Below, piece after piece: positions 52,395 to 54,814 of a stretch of 54,814 nt of DNA. This DNA is from a virus (taxonomy: Duplodnaviria > Caudoviricetes). The notes beneath the pieces are model-generated. The model made no database searches and was not told the DNA's origin. It saw only the letters and a list, made by a program, of their open reading frames with translations. Position 1 is the stretch's first letter. Each line of letters begins with the position of its first letter. The position numbers and the translations under genes were made by a program. The stretch covers positions 1-54,814 of the IMG/VR virus record IMGVR_UViG_3300033146_000595. One strand, 5' to 3'.

Positions 52395-52949
52395 ATGAGA
52401 AAAATTAAATTCACACTATTAATGTTATTGTGTAATATGGTAGCGTTTGTGCTATACAAGGAGCACTTAATCGGTTATTGGGGCATTGTCGTTATACGAG
52501 GGGAGCTCCGTGATTGGTGGACATTAATGACATATGGATTTTTTCATACTGAACTAAGACATTTAGTGCTGAATATGGCATTCATATTATTATTATCCGG
52601 AGTCTATGAGATAAAAAAAGGAATGTTAAAAACTATAATAATATACTTCACTGGTATAATATCCGGTGGTGTATTTTATATAGTATTAACGGATAGGTGG
52701 TTATTAATGACCCTCGGCGCTAGTGGCGCTTGGTATAGCATACTAGGGGGTTTATTAGCCAGCTCAAATTTATTGAGTAAAAAAGAAATATTGGCTGTGA
52801 TAATATTAACGGTGGCGTGTTTCTACGACACTTTCACAGCAACCAACATAAACGTCACAGCACATGTTACGGCTTTTATAACCGGTATATGTGTGGTGTT
52901 CGTGTTTAATGTATACGAGATAGTAAAGAATAGGAGGTGGCGCAAATGA
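52395..52949 (+). CDS. Rhomboid-family intramembrane serine protease (start moved to ATG 52395)
   Basis: WWTLMTYGFFH...HLVLNM...GASG (catalytic Ser)...NVTAH (catalytic His); about 6 TM helices. Confidence 0.85.
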   Translation: MRKIKFTLLMLLCNMVAFVLYKEHLIGYWGIVVIRGELRDWWTLMTYGFFHTELRHLVLNMAFILLLSGVYEIKKGMLKTIIIYFTGIISGGVFYIVLTDRWLLMTLGASGAWYSILGGLLASSNLLSKKEILAVIILTVACFYDTFTATNINVTAHVTAFITGICVVFVFNVYEIVKNRRWRK

Positions 52950-53356
52950 GCGTAGAAACTTATATACCAGGTATTGAAAAAATAGTACATACCGCACGAG
53001 TGGATTTTCTTCGTCGGGGTGCTGCAGATACGGTGTATATGGTGCAGTATGATTCGGTTATACCAGTCATAGGTGTTGAATTATATTCTAGAGGTGCCGT
53101 GTATACATTACCCTCAGATGCACTTTTGGAAGTGAAAGTTCGATGGGGTAAAAAAGATAGTAATATATTCGTTTATAAAACTCTATTGGGGTGTAATGCG
53201 GCGAGAAATATAGTGTATTTGGAAGTTGACGCCGAAATGACGGATAAGGATGGTTTTTTTAATATAGTAATAGAGATGTCTTTTGGTGGTAACAGCAAAG
53301 CTGGTACATCGCCAATTATTATAGTGATAGAACCGAATCCAATTCAGGAGGCATGA
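52937..53356 (+). CDS. BppU-N-like baseplate domain protein
   Basis: VQYD...P...V.LY..G..Y.LP...VRWGK.D; paralog of 53361. Confidence 0.55.
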   Translation: MAQMSVETYIPGIEKIVHTARVDFLRRGAADTVYMVQYDSVIPVIGVELYSRGAVYTLPSDALLEVKVRWGKKDSNIFVYKTLLGCNAARNIVYLEVDAEMTDKDGFFNIVIEMSFGGNSKAGTSPIIIVIEPNPIQEA

Positions 53357-53360
53357 TGAT

Positions 53361-54117
53361 ATGATAACGTTATATAATCCAGGTGATCTTAAAATAGTAC
53401 ACGTAACAAGTGTTGATTTTATAAAAAGACCACACAAAAAACCAGTACACATAGTTCAATATGATAAGACAATTCCAATCATGAAGGTTAAGTTATATTC
53501 GAACGATATAGAATACGCATTACCAGAGGATATGGATGTGAGGGTTCGATGGGGTAAAGAAGATAATACATTTGTATACAAAGATATTCTAGGGTGTGAT
53601 GACGAGCGTACTAGTATCTATTTTGAAATAGATGAACAAATGTCATATTACGCCGGAATAGTATATCCTATTATCGAATTGAAATTCATTGCCGATGACC
53701 AAGAACATAGGGCTGGGTCAGCGCAAATACCAGTCGTTATAGATCCGAATCCCATATTAGACTCGGATGTAGAATCACAGTCCCAATATTTCGATACATT
53801 ATACATATTAACTAAAGCTAAAATCGAAGCTGAATTAACGGGTGAAATCGATACTCATACACACGCTAGTGATAACACTTGGCGTGGTATAGTGGATGAT
53901 TTAACTAGTTTTAAAAGGATTAATAGATACGATTAACGCGTTATTATTAAGCGATGAATCAACCTTAGACTCGTTACAAGAGATAGTGGATTATATAGAA
54001 TTAAATAAAGATACGTTAGATACGTTAAGTATATCTAATATAGCAGGGTTACAAGCAGCATTAGACGCTAAGGTTAATAATGATAGAGTGCGATATGCTT
54101 TAATGCTATCAATGTAG
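53361..54117 (+). CDS. BppU-N-like/fibre protein interrupted by a frameshift at ~53910
   Basis: Frame 1 ends IVDDLTSFKRINRYD* (53936); the +1 frame from 53911 reads LKGLIDTINALLLSDESTLDSLQEIVDYI...IAGLQAALDAK...*, with no start of its own. Confidence 0.55.
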
Positions 54118-54129
54118 GAGGAGATAATT

Positions 54130-54462
54130 ATGTTAACAGAAAAACATTTAGGAACAGCGCATCCAACGGACACAAACAATTTAACACTATACACAACACC
54201 TGCTTTGACGACTACTATAATTAAATCAATTAGAGTATGCAATACAGCAAGCAGTGATGTAAAGTTTAGAATATTTAGAGTAACAAGTGGTGGGAGTGCA
54301 GGAATAGCTAACGCAGTTTATTATGATATTAACTTACCAGCACATCAATCAATAGGTGATGATGGATTTCTTGTATTAGAAACAGGAGATAGTTTAGTGG
54401 TTCAAGCAGAAGTCGCTAATACTTTAACATTTACATTAAGTGGTGGTGAGATTAGTGGATAG
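54130..54462 (+). CDS. Small beta-sandwich virion-associated protein
   Basis: LYTTP...TIIKSI.VCN...LVLETGDSL.V. Confidence 0.65.
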   Translation: MLTEKHLGTAHPTDTNNLTLYTTPALTTTIIKSIRVCNTASSDVKFRIFRVTSGGSAGIANAVYYDINLPAHQSIGDDGFLVLETGDSLVVQAEVANTLTFTLSGGEISG

Positions 54463-54691
54463 AATTATAACAATAACTGAAACAAAAGAGATAAACATAT
54501 CAGCGATAGAACGACAAAGAGATGAGTTTATAGAACAAGCAAACTCTATTATGTTGGTAGATATTCCTAATGGATTAAGTGAAGAAGTTGAGGACATCTT
54601 AACGGAAAAAAATAGCGAATTGGAATTAGTTAAAGCAGATTTATTAGACCAAGCAAATACGCTTAATGAAGAAGTGAAATCATATGGCTAA
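54455..54691 (+). CDS. Acidic coiled-coil hypothetical protein
   Basis: ORF coupled to neighbours; start uncertain (GTG 54455 or 54440). Confidence 0.55.
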   Translation: MDRIITITETKEINISAIERQRDEFIEQANSIMLVDIPNGLSEEVEDILTEKNSELELVKADLLDQANTLNEEVKSYG

Positions 54692-54814
54692 AACTTTTAG
54701 TATAAGAGAAAGGCCTGTGGGTAATGGTAATGTTCACGCAGTTGCAGTTCCACGAACTCATAAAGGAGCAGCTGGTTCAATGTTAGCAGGGACTTATTAT
54801 TACAGAGTAATTGC
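54684..54814 (+). CDS. 5' part of an ORF running off the window end (FN3-like TYYYRV motif)
   Basis: MAKTFSIRERPVGNG...AGTYYYRVI, open to the end of the window. Confidence 0.6.
   Translation, partial: MAKTFSIRERPVGNGNVHAVAVPRTHKGAAGSMLAGTYYYRVI

Noticed and set aside
621-54242. All minus-strand ORFs in the track (e.g. 42056-42838, 43961-44839, 621-1016)
   Set aside because: They are antisense shadows of well-supported + strand genes, with no RBS or recognisable motifs.
1-54814. Alternative genetic code or stop-codon reassignment
   Set aside because: Long conserved genes are intact under code 11, and TAA, TAG and TGA all end genes at sensible boundaries.
1-54814. Prophage/lysogeny module or tRNA genes
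   Set aside because: No integrase, CI-like repressor, ParA or flanking host genes are recognisable, and no cloverleaf was seen by eye. tRNAscan was not run.

Overview
This window is an AT-rich, apparently complete and circularly permuted genome of a long-tailed (siphovirus-type) dsDNA phage. Every credible gene is on the + strand. I see no integrase, repressor, tRNA, CRISPR array or recognisable endolysin. Layout: holin-like lysis genes (81-1035); an early/replication arm (1291-27524) with many small ORFs, a helicase-primase-exonuclease-PolB fusion, SSB, SF2 helicase, a likely origin and two nucleases; a probable cos end near 27710; then HNH, terminase, portal, protease-capsid fusion, tail and tail-fibre genes and a rhomboid protease. 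The strongest candidate for a new system has three parts. (1) A 987-aa single-subunit two-barrel RNA polymerase (YonO/eukaryotic-RdRP-like, GADFDGD) with terminal HTH domains. (2) Twelve copies of a non-sigma70 promoter-like motif, CGCA-N5-TACAT-N6-YWATR, mostly heading single-gene, hairpin-closed cassettes. (3) A shared hydrophobic-x-His signal at the N-terminus of the polymerase, four small basic proteins and the portal, and repeated through the capsid scaffold, suggesting the polymerase is packaged in the head and protease-processed. A ~130-nt G-U-rich RNA hairpin beside the cos site exposes a loop complementary to the phage's own ribosome-binding sites. All family assignments come from motif recognition by eye; no searches were run.
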